In this document: positions 1 through 10,428 of the stretch, piece after piece
How the letters are laid out: the number at the start of each line of letters is the position of its first letter
How positions within the stretch are numbered: position 1 is the stretch's first letter
Notes under the pieces: model-generated
What the model was told of the DNA's origin: nothing
Seen by the model: only the letters and a program-made list of their open reading frames with translations
Database searches by the model: none
Made by a program: the position numbers and the translations under genes
Origin: a virus
Lineage: Duplodnaviria; Caudoviricetes
Reading direction: 5' to 3' (one strand)
Virus record (IMG/VR): IMGVR_UViG_3300008255_000167
Span: 1 to 51,478 of that record
DNA: 51,478 bases

Positions 1-364
1 CTGGAACAGGAATTTCGCTGATGGCCATCAAGAAATGATGTATGGGTTCGTTTGGTCAGAGTCCGGCGCACTGAGCGAGGACTGCTTCTGGGCGAGTTGG
101 CATCGTTTTGGTGGATCAGACATCTTCAGGTACACACAGGGCGTGAATTGCCGGACAGGTAAGCGAGACGCTCTACCGATCTGGGTGTTAAAAGATCCCG
201 GCAATGGGTCAAACCACTTTGCCCCGTGGGGACAGATACCTGTCAATCACATGGTACTCGCCACTATCGCGAGTCTTGGGGACCATGTGGCATTCGAAAC
301 AGACACCTATCTCACTGTTCACGATGACGTTGTCATTCCCTGGCCAGGATGGCCGCACGCATGA
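1..364 (+). CDS. Hypothetical protein, 5'-truncated (probably virion-associated)
   Basis: Frame is open from base 2 to TGA at 364; lies upstream of structural genes; no recognisable motif. Confidence 0.6.
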   Translation, partial: WNRNFADGHQEMMYGFVWSESGALSEDCFWASWHRFGGSDIFRYTQGVNCRTGKRDALPIWVLKDPGNGSNHFAPWGQIPVNHMVLATIASLGDHVAFETDTYLTVHDDVVIPWPGWPHA

Positions 365-477
365 ACATCATCTCCGTAGCACTAGCGTACGTCGTCCCGA
401 CTACTCAGTGGTCAACGGAAACACTGGGAGTTAAGACGGGGATCTTTCAAGAACAGCCGCCGTTGCCCGAGTACTAG
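361..477 (+). CDS. Small hypothetical protein (38 aa)
   Basis: ATGA overlap with the upstream stop; its TAG directly abuts the ATG at 478; fills the gap exactly; not in the ORF track. Confidence 0.45.
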   Translation: MNIISVALAYVVPTTQWSTETLGVKTGIFQEQPPLPEY

Positions 478-1347
478 ATGATCATCACTGAGCCTACTCT
501 AGCGTTTGAGACGATGTACACGCAGTGGGCTGTAGATACTGCCTCTGCTGCATTTTCAGTGTCTCCTGCCTACGAGATGGCCGAGCTCTCCGTAGAGACG
601 ACCCCATGGCTACGGCTCCTACTGGTAGCGGATGTAGACCCACCGACCTTTGTATCCCCGCTCCCGGCGCCCTCCTCGACAGGCAATGTTGAGACGTCTC
701 TCGTGTCGGTGTCGATCGTAGATATTGCTGGCCTGGTGACGTCAGGGGCGGTGCTCTCCTCGATCAATATGACGATTGGTGGGGTGCAGGCCATCAATGG
801 TGGGAACATCCTGCCAGGGTTCGACGGGCCGGGGAGCTCGATCACACCTAACATTCCAAACAAGGGATTCGACATCGTCATCGAGAAGACGACCCCATAC
901 CCAGAGTTCGCAGTCATTCCCGTCTACATCGAGGCGGGGGACTCCTCTGGGAACATAGGGTCGATGACGTGGAGCTGGCAGGTAGTTGATTACCTTGGGC
1001 CGCTCATCACTCCTATGTCTCCGACTGATGGAGAGACAGAAGTAGATGTAGGGTCATCCATTGTGGTGAAGATCACTGACGCCCAGGCTATTCTTCCCAA
1101 TTGGCTTGTGGAGGTTAAGAGGGAGGGGGCTTTTACAGCAGCGTACATTCCTCCTGGATTTAGTAGTGAGGATGAGATGGTTACCCCTGGGTTTCAATCT
1201 GGGTTCGATGGTCCAGGGTCTTCCGTAGTACCTACTACGGGCGGCTTTATCGTTACGCTGGTCCCAACAGAGGAATTTTTGCTGTCTTGTAGGATCTATG
1301 TTCGTGTGACAGCTCAAGATCCCGATGGGAACACGGAGCGTTTGTAG
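478..1347 (+). CDS. Ig-like repeat virion protein
   Basis: Two beta-rich repeats (PGFDGPGSS / SGFDGPGSS; SPTDGETEVDVGSSIVVKITD) resembling bacterial Ig-like domains; structural gene context. Confidence 0.6.
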   Translation: MIITEPTLAFETMYTQWAVDTASAAFSVSPAYEMAELSVETTPWLRLLLVADVDPPTFVSPLPAPSSTGNVETSLVSVSIVDIAGLVTSGAVLSSINMTIGGVQAINGGNILPGFDGPGSSITPNIPNKGFDIVIEKTTPYPEFAVIPVYIEAGDSSGNIGSMTWSWQVVDYLGPLITPMSPTDGETEVDVGSSIVVKITDAQAILPNWLVEVKREGAFTAAYIPPGFSSEDEMVTPGFQSGFDGPGSSVVPTTGGFIVTLVPTEEFLLSCRIYVRVTAQDPDGNTERL

Positions 1348-4300
1348 TGCCTACCATCTACTCGTTTCTCACGACGCTTGGTTATCCGGCAACGGAAGAC
1401 TGGCCGTGTTTGTATTTGGGAGAGGGGAACATGCCAAATGTTCTCCTCATCCCTGGAGTGACCTCTACTCGAGGTACGCCGTGGTTCCAGGCCGATGCTG
1501 ATGATGACATGAACGTCATGAGCAACGACGGTGGGGCTAGCTCGATGACCATCCCTCTGCTGGTGGGACAGACTTTCACGTTCGAGACGACTTTTCGTCC
1601 CATCGTCTTGCCCACCAATTTGAACGATCTCAACTCCCAGAGGTTGTTCATCGCGATGTTCGATGAGCAAGACAATGCGGGCGGAGTGTTGCTGTCCAAG
1701 AGTGGATTGGCAATTGTCTCGTCCTTTGGCAATACGGTCCTTCCGATTGCAGGCAGTCAGAACATCATTCTCGAGGGGACGGACTACTACACGCTGCGTA
1801 TGGTGGTGGACGGGAAGAACAACGTGATGGACCTCTACGTCACGTTGACTGATGATGTCGCTGTCAGTGGGCACGTACTTCGCTACACCACCGCTGCCCC
1901 CATCACACCGGCTACAAGAGCTGACTCTGTCCGCATCGAGGTAGTTGGTCAGCCATCCAATCCTGTTCAGATCAATTTCTCTACGTTTCGTTGCAACTGC
2001 AACTCCTTGTTGATTCCCAACAAGCGCCCCATCGCAGACACAGGGGCAGATCAAACTGCTGTACTTGGGTCTATTGTTGCTACGGATGGAACGAATAGCT
2101 TCGATCCAGAGGGGGAACCACTTTCCTATCTCTGGTCTTTGCTGGAGGCTCCTACTGGATCGTCACATAGGTTGGATGGAGAGGCCGGAACCACGATAGA
2201 CGATGGGGATGGGGATGGCTTTACTACTATACTCGAGCAGACAGGAGATCCCTGGAGCGAGGAGAACGCCCCGAGCCTACAGCCAGGAGATGTTCTGGTC
2301 GTGGGGAACGTGCAGTATGTTGTGTCCGATCTGGATTGGGTGTACGACGCTCCTACGAACACGTATACCAGGGTTGGTGGATTTGATGGGTCTAAGCTAC
2401 GAGTTGTAGAAGACAGTGTTCCAGATAACATGACTGGCGTGTCATGGACGGTCTACTTCCAGTCTACATTCTGGAATGACCGAACGTCTCCTCTTCCCTC
2501 GTGCATCCCAGACACAGTGGGTCTCTACACTACGCAGCTCGTGGTCAATGATGGATTGTTGGATAGCCTACCCGCAGAAGGGTTGATCAATATCTCAGAG
2601 TCCAACGTGCCCTATGGCTGCGTGCCGGATGTCAACTTCATTTGGGATTACCTGTCCGACGCCTGGGACCTCTATGATGACCGAGATCCCATCACTACGA
2701 TCTGGTCTGGGTTTGCTCAGGTTGCCTCGAACATCTTGTTGACTGCTTGGCAGTACGACTACAGCAAGAGCCTCGTGGATGTCCAGCGGTTGTTCCAGAG
2801 GCGGTGGCTCAACTACCAGACGAAGGTTACGGAGGACGCCCTGGACAGGGAAGACCAGGGGATCAAGTTTTACCGGGGACCCATCGTCAGCAAAGACTTG
2901 ACGGCTGGTGTGACCTTCGTCGGTACAGAGACACTCATCCTATCTCGAGACGGTGGGTCTGATGTGACGGTTAGTCTGACGGGCACCATGTCTGTCGATG
3001 AGATCGTAGTGGCTATCAACGCGGTGTTGGGAGAGTCGTCTGCGACTGTGAAGACTGCGCGGAAGGCAACTGCGTCCGCAGTGGACTATTTGGTCCTGTC
3101 TTACCCCACGCTGATTGTAGTGTGCAAGGATGGTACAGCCAATGCCACGTTGGGGTTCAGCACTACGGAGGATACGCAGAACAACTTCTCTGGCGACCTG
3201 GGTGTGAGAGATCCATCTATCGCCACGGCTTTCGGGGTAGCAGATCCACTGATATCTTTTTCAGGTATCGCCAAAGACGATCTCCTCGTGTTCGGTGGGT
3301 ATGGGTATCGCGTCTCAAAGCGGGCAGACGAGACGCATATCACTACTCAGGACAGCATGGTCATCCCACAGGTGCCAACTTTGCCTACGTGGGAGGTGTC
3401 GTCGTCAGTCAAGGTCCCAACCACGGACTACTCTACGGAGCTCGTGGTTGCGGGTGACATCGCCATGTTCGAGGTCAGGACCTCAAGTTCGGATGAGGTG
3501 GTGGAGGTTCCCTGCCTAGTGACCGGCGCCAATGGGAACGTTCTTGGATTCAACCCTCGCCCGTTGTATGAGGCAACGTTGGGGCAGCTAGGGGGTTTCG
3601 AGATCACACTGCTGTACGTGCAGCGTGTGTCTAATATTCCTGTGGACGATCTGGTGTCTCACATACCAAGGCTACAGGAGATCATCCTAGATCCCCCGTC
3701 CGTGTTGTCCAGGAATCGGGAGTATGCCATCTCGGTTGACTCGAGTGGTGTCAATGCCATCAGGTTCGTCAGCGGGACATACTCGTTCGATGACCCGCCT
3801 CCAGACTATCTGTGGGCAGAGGTCACCTGGTTTGACAACAGGCCGACCATCGAGAACAACTTCGGTAAGGCGGTCGGGTTCACCGTTGAAGATCTAGAGA
3901 CGAGAAGCGACGATCTGGACTACCTGTCCGCCGTGCGCGGTCTCTGGTACTCCTTCTTCAACGGCCCTTCCCTGTGGAGTATCCAGGTAGGGACTCAGAT
4001 CTTGCTCGGTCTCCCCTTCGCTGAAGAGGACGGAACGATCGAGGAGATTCACTTCACCTACAATGCTACTCAGATCCGCGTGCTGATTAGGGACAGCAAA
4101 GACAGCACCATCGTTCGATCGTACTTCATCCCCCGCGACAAGAAATTCGAGGAAGACGGTGAGTCTATGATCGCTGTCAACCCGAACACGGGTGTGGAGT
4201 ATGTGACAGGTGATTCTATCGACCAGTTCTCCCCACTGTCGAAGGGTGTGGAGATACTGGATTTGATCAAGGATCCTGCTTGGTGGCAGAGGTACGTCAG

Positions 4301-4910
4301 CAGTGGGGCAACACTCGAGCTGGACAAGTTCTTCAAGTTCCTGATGCGGGCTGATATCGATGTCTTCAACATCACGAACCTCATGTTCGCCATCGACTTC
4401 GTAAAGAAGATCAAGCCGCACTATACCTACCCGCTCTTTGTAGTGTTGAAGCGGCTCGCGCCGGACTTGATCAGTCTGACCGATGTCGTCACGATGAAGG
4501 GCACGAAGTACCTGTTCGACAACCCGGCTTGTGCCCAGCTCATCTTCGATGCAGGGTCAGGCGGGACGTATCGGTTCGATGACACCGATGAATCAGGCAT
4601 CTTCAACTGGGCCTATGACGGGTCTCCCAACATTCCTGCCGCGTCTTCGGGCAAGCCAGAGTTCTTGTACGACAAGAAGAGGCTGGGTCCTGAGATGTAC
4701 ATCGTGGGAATCATGACTGGTCCGTTTGCGGGTGGGTACTTTCCGATGGACTGGATTTGGGCTTTCGACGATGGTGGTGGGACGGACCTCATACCGTTGG
4801 CGGGGCCTGCACCCACACCTCCTCCGCCACCGTATGGTCCTACGATCGGTACCGTGGTGTTCGATACGATCTATTCCGCTGGCTACTACACCCGTGGTAA
4901 GGTGCTCTAG
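1347..4910 (+). CDS. Large baseplate/tail structural protein with PKD-like domain
   Basis: PKD/REJ-type segment PIADTGADQT...DGTNSFDPEGEPLSYLWSL; baseplate-wedge-like C-terminal IDFVKKIKPHYT; GTG start overlaps the upstream TAG. Confidence 0.65.
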   Translation: MPTIYSFLTTLGYPATEDWPCLYLGEGNMPNVLLIPGVTSTRGTPWFQADADDDMNVMSNDGGASSMTIPLLVGQTFTFETTFRPIVLPTNLNDLNSQRLFIAMFDEQDNAGGVLLSKSGLAIVSSFGNTVLPIAGSQNIILEGTDYYTLRMVVDGKNNVMDLYVTLTDDVAVSGHVLRYTTAAPITPATRADSVRIEVVGQPSNPVQINFSTFRCNCNSLLIPNKRPIADTGADQTAVLGSIVATDGTNSFDPEGEPLSYLWSLLEAPTGSSHRLDGEAGTTIDDGDGDGFTTILEQTGDPWSEENAPSLQPGDVLVVGNVQYVVSDLDWVYDAPTNTYTRVGGFDGSKLRVVEDSVPDNMTGVSWTVYFQSTFWNDRTSPLPSCIPDTVGLYTTQLVVNDGLLDSLPAEGLINISESNVPYGCVPDVNFIWDYLSDAWDLYDDRDPITTIWSGFAQVASNILLTAWQYDYSKSLVDVQRLFQRRWLNYQTKVTEDALDREDQGIKFYRGPIVSKDLTAGVTFVGTETLILSRDGGSDVTVSLTGTMSVDEIVVAINAVLGESSATVKTARKATASAVDYLVLSYPTLIVVCKDGTANATLGFSTTEDTQNNFSGDLGVRDPSIATAFGVADPLISFSGIAKDDLLVFGGYGYRVSKRADETHITTQDSMVIPQVPTLPTWEVSSSVKVPTTDYSTELVVAGDIAMFEVRTSSSDEVVEVPCLVTGANGNVLGFNPRPLYEATLGQLGGFEITLLYVQRVSNIPVDDLVSHIPRLQEIILDPPSVLSRNREYAISVDSSGVNAIRFVSGTYSFDDPPPDYLWAEVTWFDNRPTIENNFGKAVGFTVEDLETRSDDLDYLSAVRGLWYSFFNGPSLWSIQVGTQILLGLPFAEEDGTIEEIHFTYNATQIRVLIRDSKDSTIVRSYFIPRDKKFEEDGESMIAVNPNTGVEYVTGDSIDQFSPLSKGVEILDLIKDPAWWQRYVSSGATLELDKFFKFLMRADIDVFNITNLMFAIDFVKKIKPHYTYPLFVVLKRLAPDLISLTDVVTMKGTKYLFDNPACAQLIFDAGSGGTYRFDDTDESGIFNWAYDGSPNIPAASSGKPEFLYDKKRLGPEMYIVGIMTGPFAGGYFPMDWIWAFDDGGGTDLIPLAGPAPTPPPPPYGPTIGTVVFDTIYSAGYYTRGKVL

Positions 4911-4911
4911 C

Positions 4912-4940
4912 TTGCAAATGGTGGATCTGACTTCTAGAAT
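4912..4940 (+). promoter_or_regulatory. Sigma70-type promoter
   Basis: TTGCAA-N17-TAGAAT upstream of the GGAGA RBS and ATG at 4958. Confidence 0.65.
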
Positions 4941-4957
4941 CGTCGGCGGAGAAGACC

Positions 4958-5668
4958 ATGCAGATTCGTGACTACCCGCTCAAGCCAACCGGCCTGGTGA
5001 TCCCTTCCAACGTGAAGGTCATTGTCCGGGAACGTGGCAAAATCGTTCGGCAACATTGCCGAGAAGACCACAACATCTGGGTAGACGTGGGGCGAGAGTT
5101 CCTGGCACGAGTCATTGCTCCAAACACGGGCCTCACAGACCACTACGCGGAGACGGGCCCGGGAGACCGAGAGTTCGTCAAGTACATGGGCGCCGGTATC
5201 GGCGGCCTATCCCAAGTCCACCCGGCTGCTTATACCACCCCACTGTCGACGGACTATCCCCCCGCGACAGGTACAGCACCAGGTAGCGATGGCAACCAGT
5301 ATTCAGACGAGGATCTGACCGTTCTGACGCTCGAGCGTCCGGTCAAAATCAACACCACCTCCCCGATCTGGTTGGGGGAGGTGGTGACACCCGTAACCTT
5401 TCTCAACAGCGGTAGGACGCTGCGGGTGGACTACCTGTTCACCGCAGCGTCTATCAACAATGTTGGCCCGTACACCGTCGTCCCTCTGTCGGAAATCGCC
5501 TTGTTCATGTCGACGGCGGACGCTGATGCAACGAACGTGTACGACACGGGGAACACCCCGTCGATGGTCGGCGCTGGACGTCAGAGTATCTTGGCATACA
5601 ACACGATGGAACCGATCCCAAAGACGATCGACTTCTCACTGGAGACCCAGTGGGAACTTAGGTTCTGA
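4958..5668 (+). CDS. Tail/baseplate-associated protein (fibre attachment-like)
   Basis: HNIWVDVGREFLAR...MGAGIGG...LSEIAL...PIPKT...WELRF pattern typical of proteins preceding tail fibres. Confidence 0.55.
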   Translation: MQIRDYPLKPTGLVIPSNVKVIVRERGKIVRQHCREDHNIWVDVGREFLARVIAPNTGLTDHYAETGPGDREFVKYMGAGIGGLSQVHPAAYTTPLSTDYPPATGTAPGSDGNQYSDEDLTVLTLERPVKINTTSPIWLGEVVTPVTFLNSGRTLRVDYLFTAASINNVGPYTVVPLSEIALFMSTADADATNVYDTGNTPSMVGAGRQSILAYNTMEPIPKTIDFSLETQWELRF

Positions 5669-5679
5669 GGAGCACTGAC

Positions 5680-8600
5680 ATGTCGAATCTCCCGCATCCC
5701 CTCGGTGACTCCGTTGCTGGTGATCTGTTCTACCCAGGATCTCCTAGCGTCACAGTGGCTGACGTGGCCGGTGCCGCCGGTAGCCGTGCTGTAGAGTTCG
5801 GTGAGGATGGTACCTCGTTGGCGGTCAACCGAGGGCTCTATGCTCTCGGCAAGAATGATGAGTATATCCAAGATCGAATGGAGCGACCGATCGCTCGTAT
5901 GGAGTTTACTGCGTGGACTCCTGCTGGTGGTAGCGGTGGTTCGTTTACGTTCACGGGACAGACGTTGTTCGTGGGAGATGCCTCTTACCTCCCCGAGTCT
6001 CAATCCATCCGTGATCGGTTGATCTCTGTCCTCGATGGTTCTTTCAACGAGCTGTTGGACGCAACCACTGGTCATAAAGTCGTCATCAAGTCTCTCCGCA
6101 ACACACCAGATACGTTCAGCATCGTGGGTGACACCTCCGCAGCGGGTGGGGACGAGAATGGGTTCTACCCTGCCCCGATTGCTCGGTTCCAGTTGGTCAA
6201 CTCGATGACCGGAGCGGTGGAGCTCGCCACGTACACCATCCCGGATGGTGTGAGTGTGATCTTCGCCCATGCGATCAGTGGCACACTGGACTCGCTCGGA
6301 ACTATGGGTTCCGAGTACCTCATGCGCGACGCATGGGTGAAGGGGTCGATCCGCAATGCTCACGAGATTCACGCAGGAACCTTCCTGAAGGATGGTTCTC
6401 GGGCAGCGCAGGGGTCCTTCAACCTGGCAGGCAACAACATCAACAACGTTGCCGACATCACGAACAGCACGGGCTCTCCTCTGGATGTCATTTCTGACAA
6501 TGCGCTAACCCTCAAAGATCAATACCTCAGTGCTGGCATGGCATTGAGTGAGGCGGGTGAGACGAGTTTGGCGGGAGACCTAAGCAGTCTCGTCGGTGAA
6601 CTCAACAGCAAGACACGCGGAGCCGTTGCGGCCTATGGCAACAGGTTCAGGAACCGAACGGGCAGCATCACGTTCACAGGCGCAACTGGTGCTGTGGCTT
6701 GGCCAACCTTGGACTTCATCCGGGATGGAGAGGCACTCACGCTAGCCAGTGGTAACCTGACCGCAACGGCCACCACAAACGAATTCTTGGTGATCGACTC
6801 CTCCAACACGGTCATCAAGCGGGCAGCGGCCAGTCTTCAGACGGGCGACATCCCCGTAGCGTACTACTACTGGGACGGCGCTACGACGTTCACCATTTCC
6901 ACCGATATTCGGTGGGCCATGGACGCCAAGACGGGCGCGATGGAGATCACGGTTGGGAATACCCCTGGCTGCGACTTCCCGGCGAACGCAATGCAGCAGG
7001 CCGTAGATCTCGCCTGCTATGTGGGATCCGTTTCTGCAACGGCTGACGTCCCAGGTTCCGTGGTGATCCGTGTCGTGGATAGTGCTACTTGGTCCACTGT
7101 CCTCAACATCACGAGTCCTATCATCGTTCGTGGTGAGGGTGTTGCCCGAACGACGCTCACCAGTAGTTGTGGTACGACATCGCACGGCATCAACTGCAAC
7201 AGCCAGCGTGTGACGTTTGAAGACATCAAGTTGGTGAACGCTTCGGGGGCACTGTCCGGTTCTTACGGAGCGTTCTACAACGCAGGGGACAGTAGCGTCT
7301 TCCGTAATCTCACAGTGCAGTCCTATGGCACTGCGTGGGTATGGGACGTCGCCGTCGTTGATGTGCTGATCGAAAAGTGTTTCGGCACGGGACTGACGCA
7401 CTCGTTCATCCTGGGGGCGTCTGCCAGCCTGCACACGCCCTACTTGTCGGATTCCGTCATCCGTGACTGTCTTGCCGCATCCTTTGTGTCGGGTGCCCGC
7501 AACGGTATCGTTGCCACGGGTGAGGGAAACAAGATCCTCAACTGCGACATCTACGGAGGAGCCGGAAACACGCTCGACAACTTCGGCATCACGATTGGTG
7601 GCGCCTGTGTGGTCAGTGGTTGCACTGTGCAGATGGGTGGGGCAGCGGGCAACGGGGTGGGGCTGTACTACTACCCCGCAACAGGAACTCCGTCCCGTTC
7701 TCAGTCGTCGGCTGTGGAGAACTGCGCGTTCTCTGCCATGTTGGTCGGTGTCTGGTCGGACACCAACAGTGCTGGTACGAAATGGATGTTGGACGTCAAG
7801 AACTGCACGTTCCAAGACGTGGATGTCCCAGTTGATCTGACCTCTCTCAACACGTTCGTTGGTCCGGAGTCGTCCTTTCGTTTCGTGGACAACTACACTT
7901 CGGGGTCCGTCGCGTCGATCTTGAATCTGTCTCTTGCAGGTTCCACTCTGCTTACTGCTTGGATCGAGCGTAACAAGTTCGATGACGTGACCGGAGACGG
8001 CATCGTCATGAATGCGTACGCTGGTGGATTCATCACGGGGAACATCTTCGAGGGGTATGGATCTGCCGGGACCTACAGTGCCGCGATAGAGGCAGCAGTG
8101 TCTGTGGGCTCACTTGTGATTCGGGACAACTACATTGGTAACGTAGGAGCCCCCGCAGCAAGCACACAGGTACGTTTATGGAGAAAGAGTATCGTCTCTG
8201 GGAACACCTTGATCGGTTCTTCTGCTGCGGCCACGGGCATCGCAGTAAGAAGTTGGTTTCTCTTAGGCATCGATCTGCCAGCCGCGCTAGAGTGTGATAT
8301 CTCTGGCAACAACTTCAGTAGCCACGCGACCGCATGCATTTTGGTAGATCCGGGAACGGGATCCACCGCCAACAATGGATCACGTATTCGAGGAAACCAC
8401 TTTCTCGCTGTTCCATCTGGGGGGGACGCTGTCAAAGTGTACCAGTCTTCCTCCGTTATGATCTTGGACAACGAGTTCGGGCTCATGGAGGGTACGGCTG
8501 TCCTAGTGGATGGAACGGGGGCGGGGTATGGCGATGCCACGACCATCAGAGGAAACACCTTCAATCTGGTTGAAGGAGATGGGTCCAACCAAGGGTTCAT

Positions 8601-9312
8601 CGTCATCATCAAGGGCGCAACCGCTGCTTGTCAGAACTGTTCTGTAGATGGAAATACCTTCAACGGCTGTGGTTCTACGGACGATGCAGTCATTGGCACC
8701 TCGTACCAGGCAGTCATCTTCGTTTCTGCAACCGCGACGGGGACGCAGGTTCAGAACAACTCGATCAACGGGTTGACGGGAACCAGCACGTCGACCAACA
8801 ACAGCGATTCCTCTTATGGAATCTATGTACTGGCTGCGGGATGCCTGGTTGCCAACAACAAGGTCTACAAGGACTTTGCGATCGCCACTACGAATGCTGA
8901 CACTGTGATTGGCATCTTTGTGAATGGGATCGATTGTCAGGTTGTTGGGAACCATGTCACGTTCACTGGAACCCAGGGTGGTGCAAATCAATCTGGGACC
9001 ATCTACGGAATACAGTGCACCTCTACCGGCAGCTTGATCAACGGGAACATGGTTCGTGGGTCATGGGTCGTGTCTGGTTCCCCGACGAGCGCCGGGATGA
9101 ACGTCATTGGGGATGACTGCGCCATCACAGGGAACATAGTCTCTGGATCCCTGGCCTCAGATCACAGTCTGCTTTGCAGTGGGACAGGCGGTGTAGTCAT
9201 TGGAAACGTTGGAGGTGGGTCTGCCAAGATCAATTGGGGCACGACAGGCACCAACTTGCCTTCTCTAGCGACATACCAAGATATGAACGTTTCCGCCCTC
9301 GGACACGCATAG
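5680..9312 (+). CDS. Tail fibre/tailspike with right-handed beta-helix (pectin-lyase-like) repeats
   Basis: IIVRGEGVARTTL followed by many I.GN.F / I.NN.I beta-helix turns; GAGGAG RBS. Confidence 0.8.
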   Translation: MSNLPHPLGDSVAGDLFYPGSPSVTVADVAGAAGSRAVEFGEDGTSLAVNRGLYALGKNDEYIQDRMERPIARMEFTAWTPAGGSGGSFTFTGQTLFVGDASYLPESQSIRDRLISVLDGSFNELLDATTGHKVVIKSLRNTPDTFSIVGDTSAAGGDENGFYPAPIARFQLVNSMTGAVELATYTIPDGVSVIFAHAISGTLDSLGTMGSEYLMRDAWVKGSIRNAHEIHAGTFLKDGSRAAQGSFNLAGNNINNVADITNSTGSPLDVISDNALTLKDQYLSAGMALSEAGETSLAGDLSSLVGELNSKTRGAVAAYGNRFRNRTGSITFTGATGAVAWPTLDFIRDGEALTLASGNLTATATTNEFLVIDSSNTVIKRAAASLQTGDIPVAYYYWDGATTFTISTDIRWAMDAKTGAMEITVGNTPGCDFPANAMQQAVDLACYVGSVSATADVPGSVVIRVVDSATWSTVLNITSPIIVRGEGVARTTLTSSCGTTSHGINCNSQRVTFEDIKLVNASGALSGSYGAFYNAGDSSVFRNLTVQSYGTAWVWDVAVVDVLIEKCFGTGLTHSFILGASASLHTPYLSDSVIRDCLAASFVSGARNGIVATGEGNKILNCDIYGGAGNTLDNFGITIGGACVVSGCTVQMGGAAGNGVGLYYYPATGTPSRSQSSAVENCAFSAMLVGVWSDTNSAGTKWMLDVKNCTFQDVDVPVDLTSLNTFVGPESSFRFVDNYTSGSVASILNLSLAGSTLLTAWIERNKFDDVTGDGIVMNAYAGGFITGNIFEGYGSAGTYSAAIEAAVSVGSLVIRDNYIGNVGAPAASTQVRLWRKSIVSGNTLIGSSAAATGIAVRSWFLLGIDLPAALECDISGNNFSSHATACILVDPGTGSTANNGSRIRGNHFLAVPSGGDAVKVYQSSSVMILDNEFGLMEGTAVLVDGTGAGYGDATTIRGNTFNLVEGDGSNQGFIVIIKGATAACQNCSVDGNTFNGCGSTDDAVIGTSYQAVIFVSATATGTQVQNNSINGLTGTSTSTNNSDSSYGIYVLAAGCLVANNKVYKDFAIATTNADTVIGIFVNGIDCQVVGNHVTFTGTQGGANQSGTIYGIQCTSTGSLINGNMVRGSWVVSGSPTSAGMNVIGDDCAITGNIVSGSLASDHSLLCSGTGGVVIGNVGGGSAKINWGTTGTNLPSLATYQDMNVSALGHA

Positions 9313-9318
9313 GAGTCT

Positions 9319-9777
9319 TTGATGACCAAGATTTTGAACGTACTGGCGAGCTGGCAGGTGCTCTTGCTCGCACTGACGTCCTTCATCATCCTCGGCCTTT
9401 TTCGGAAGATGTTGGTGACGAAGGACGATGCTGGGAACATCGTGGGCGGTCTGGCGAATCACAGGCTGTTCAAGATGTTCCTCCCGCTCTACCCGTACGG
9501 TATCTGCCTTGGCTTGGTGTTCGCCCCCGGTGTCCCTCTTCCCGCCGAGCTCGGCGCAACGTTCATGGCCAAGTTCCTGTATGCCATCTGGTGCGGATGG
9601 TTTAGCGACAAGTCGTATCAGGTGATCAAGTCAATTCTGGAGAAGGGGTTCAACTTCCGGTTCGATGGGCAACCTGTACCTCCCCCAGTCGTACCCGGGA
9701 CCCCGGCCCCTCCTACAGTCGAGCCTGTGTCGAATCCCGCCGACATCGACGTCACCCCCAAGCCCCCGCAGGTCTGA
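9319..9777 (+). CDS. Holin-like membrane protein
   Basis: About 3 hydrophobic segments, Pro-rich tail, AGGAG RBS, directly after the tailspike gene. Confidence 0.5.
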   Translation: MMTKILNVLASWQVLLLALTSFIILGLFRKMLVTKDDAGNIVGGLANHRLFKMFLPLYPYGICLGLVFAPGVPLPAELGATFMAKFLYAIWCGWFSDKSYQVIKSILEKGFNFRFDGQPVPPPVVPGTPAPPTVEPVSNPADIDVTPKPPQV

Positions 9778-9778
9778 G

Positions 9779-10102
9779 ATGCTGAAAGCCTGGGAGTGGA
9801 TGAAAGCCCACTGGAAGTGGGTCTTGTTCCCATTGGGGATCTTGCTCTCCATCCTCACCGTCCTTGGGTGGGTGATGGGGGCGCGAAGAGACGATCCGAT
9901 CTCTGGTACGACTGACGAGGAAGCTAAGAAAACTGCGGACGACATCTTCAAGGCATCCACGGAGCGGGAAGAGGCTCTAGTTCTTTTGGAGAGACAGCAC
10001 GCCCAGAAAATCGCTACCATGTCGGAAGAGCAGCGGGCAGAGTACAAGGCTGTGAAAGCCAAGCCCATCGAAGAGGTAGCGTCATGGATCGACAAACTGT
10101 AG
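9779..10102 (+). CDS. Membrane-anchored coiled-coil protein (i-spanin-like)
   Basis: Start reassigned to ATG 9779; one N-terminal TM helix followed by a charged helical region. Confidence 0.45.
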   Translation: MLKAWEWMKAHWKWVLFPLGILLSILTVLGWVMGARRDDPISGTTDEEAKKTADDIFKASTEREEALVLLERQHAQKIATMSEEQRAEYKAVKAKPIEEVASWIDKL

Positions 10103-10428
10103 GGGCTTTCTTCAGCGAACTGGAGAAGATCAGTTCCGCAGGAAGCAAGGTCGGACTGGGCAAGAGGGTTGTCAATCGCATGGCCAACCTCGGTGGTCTC
10201 AATGAGGTCGCTGGTCTCGGCGTGCTGGCAGCACCGAGCGCCGACAACATGCTCGCCAAGTACCGCGCAAGGAAAGCGGGTCATGGCGAGCATGCTGATG
10301 AGAAGACGCTCGACAAGTACCGGCTCATCAAAGAGAAGTACCACGATCCGGTCGAAGTCGGCGGGCTCGGTATGTTGGCGGCTCCCTACATCGGCAAGAG
10401 ATTGTCGACGGGTAAGTGGGGTCACTGA
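10084..10428 (+). CDS. Small protein with FFSELEKIS leader and internal repeat (putative internal virion protein)
   Basis: N-terminus GAFFSELEKISS; repeat EVAGLGVLAAP / EVGGLGMLAAP. Confidence 0.65.
   Translation: MDRQTVGAFFSELEKISSAGSKVGLGKRVVNRMANLGGLNEVAGLGVLAAPSADNMLAKYRARKAGHGEHADEKTLDKYRLIKEKYHDPVEVGGLGMLAAPYIGKRLSTGKWGH

Noticed and set aside
361-1347. Stop-codon reassignment or TAG read-through (in-frame TAG-ATG at 475-480)
   Set aside because: Long conserved genes are uninterrupted under the standard code, and TAG serves as a coupled stop at several junctions (TAGTG at 1347, 22249, 35418; TAG-ATG at 23745)
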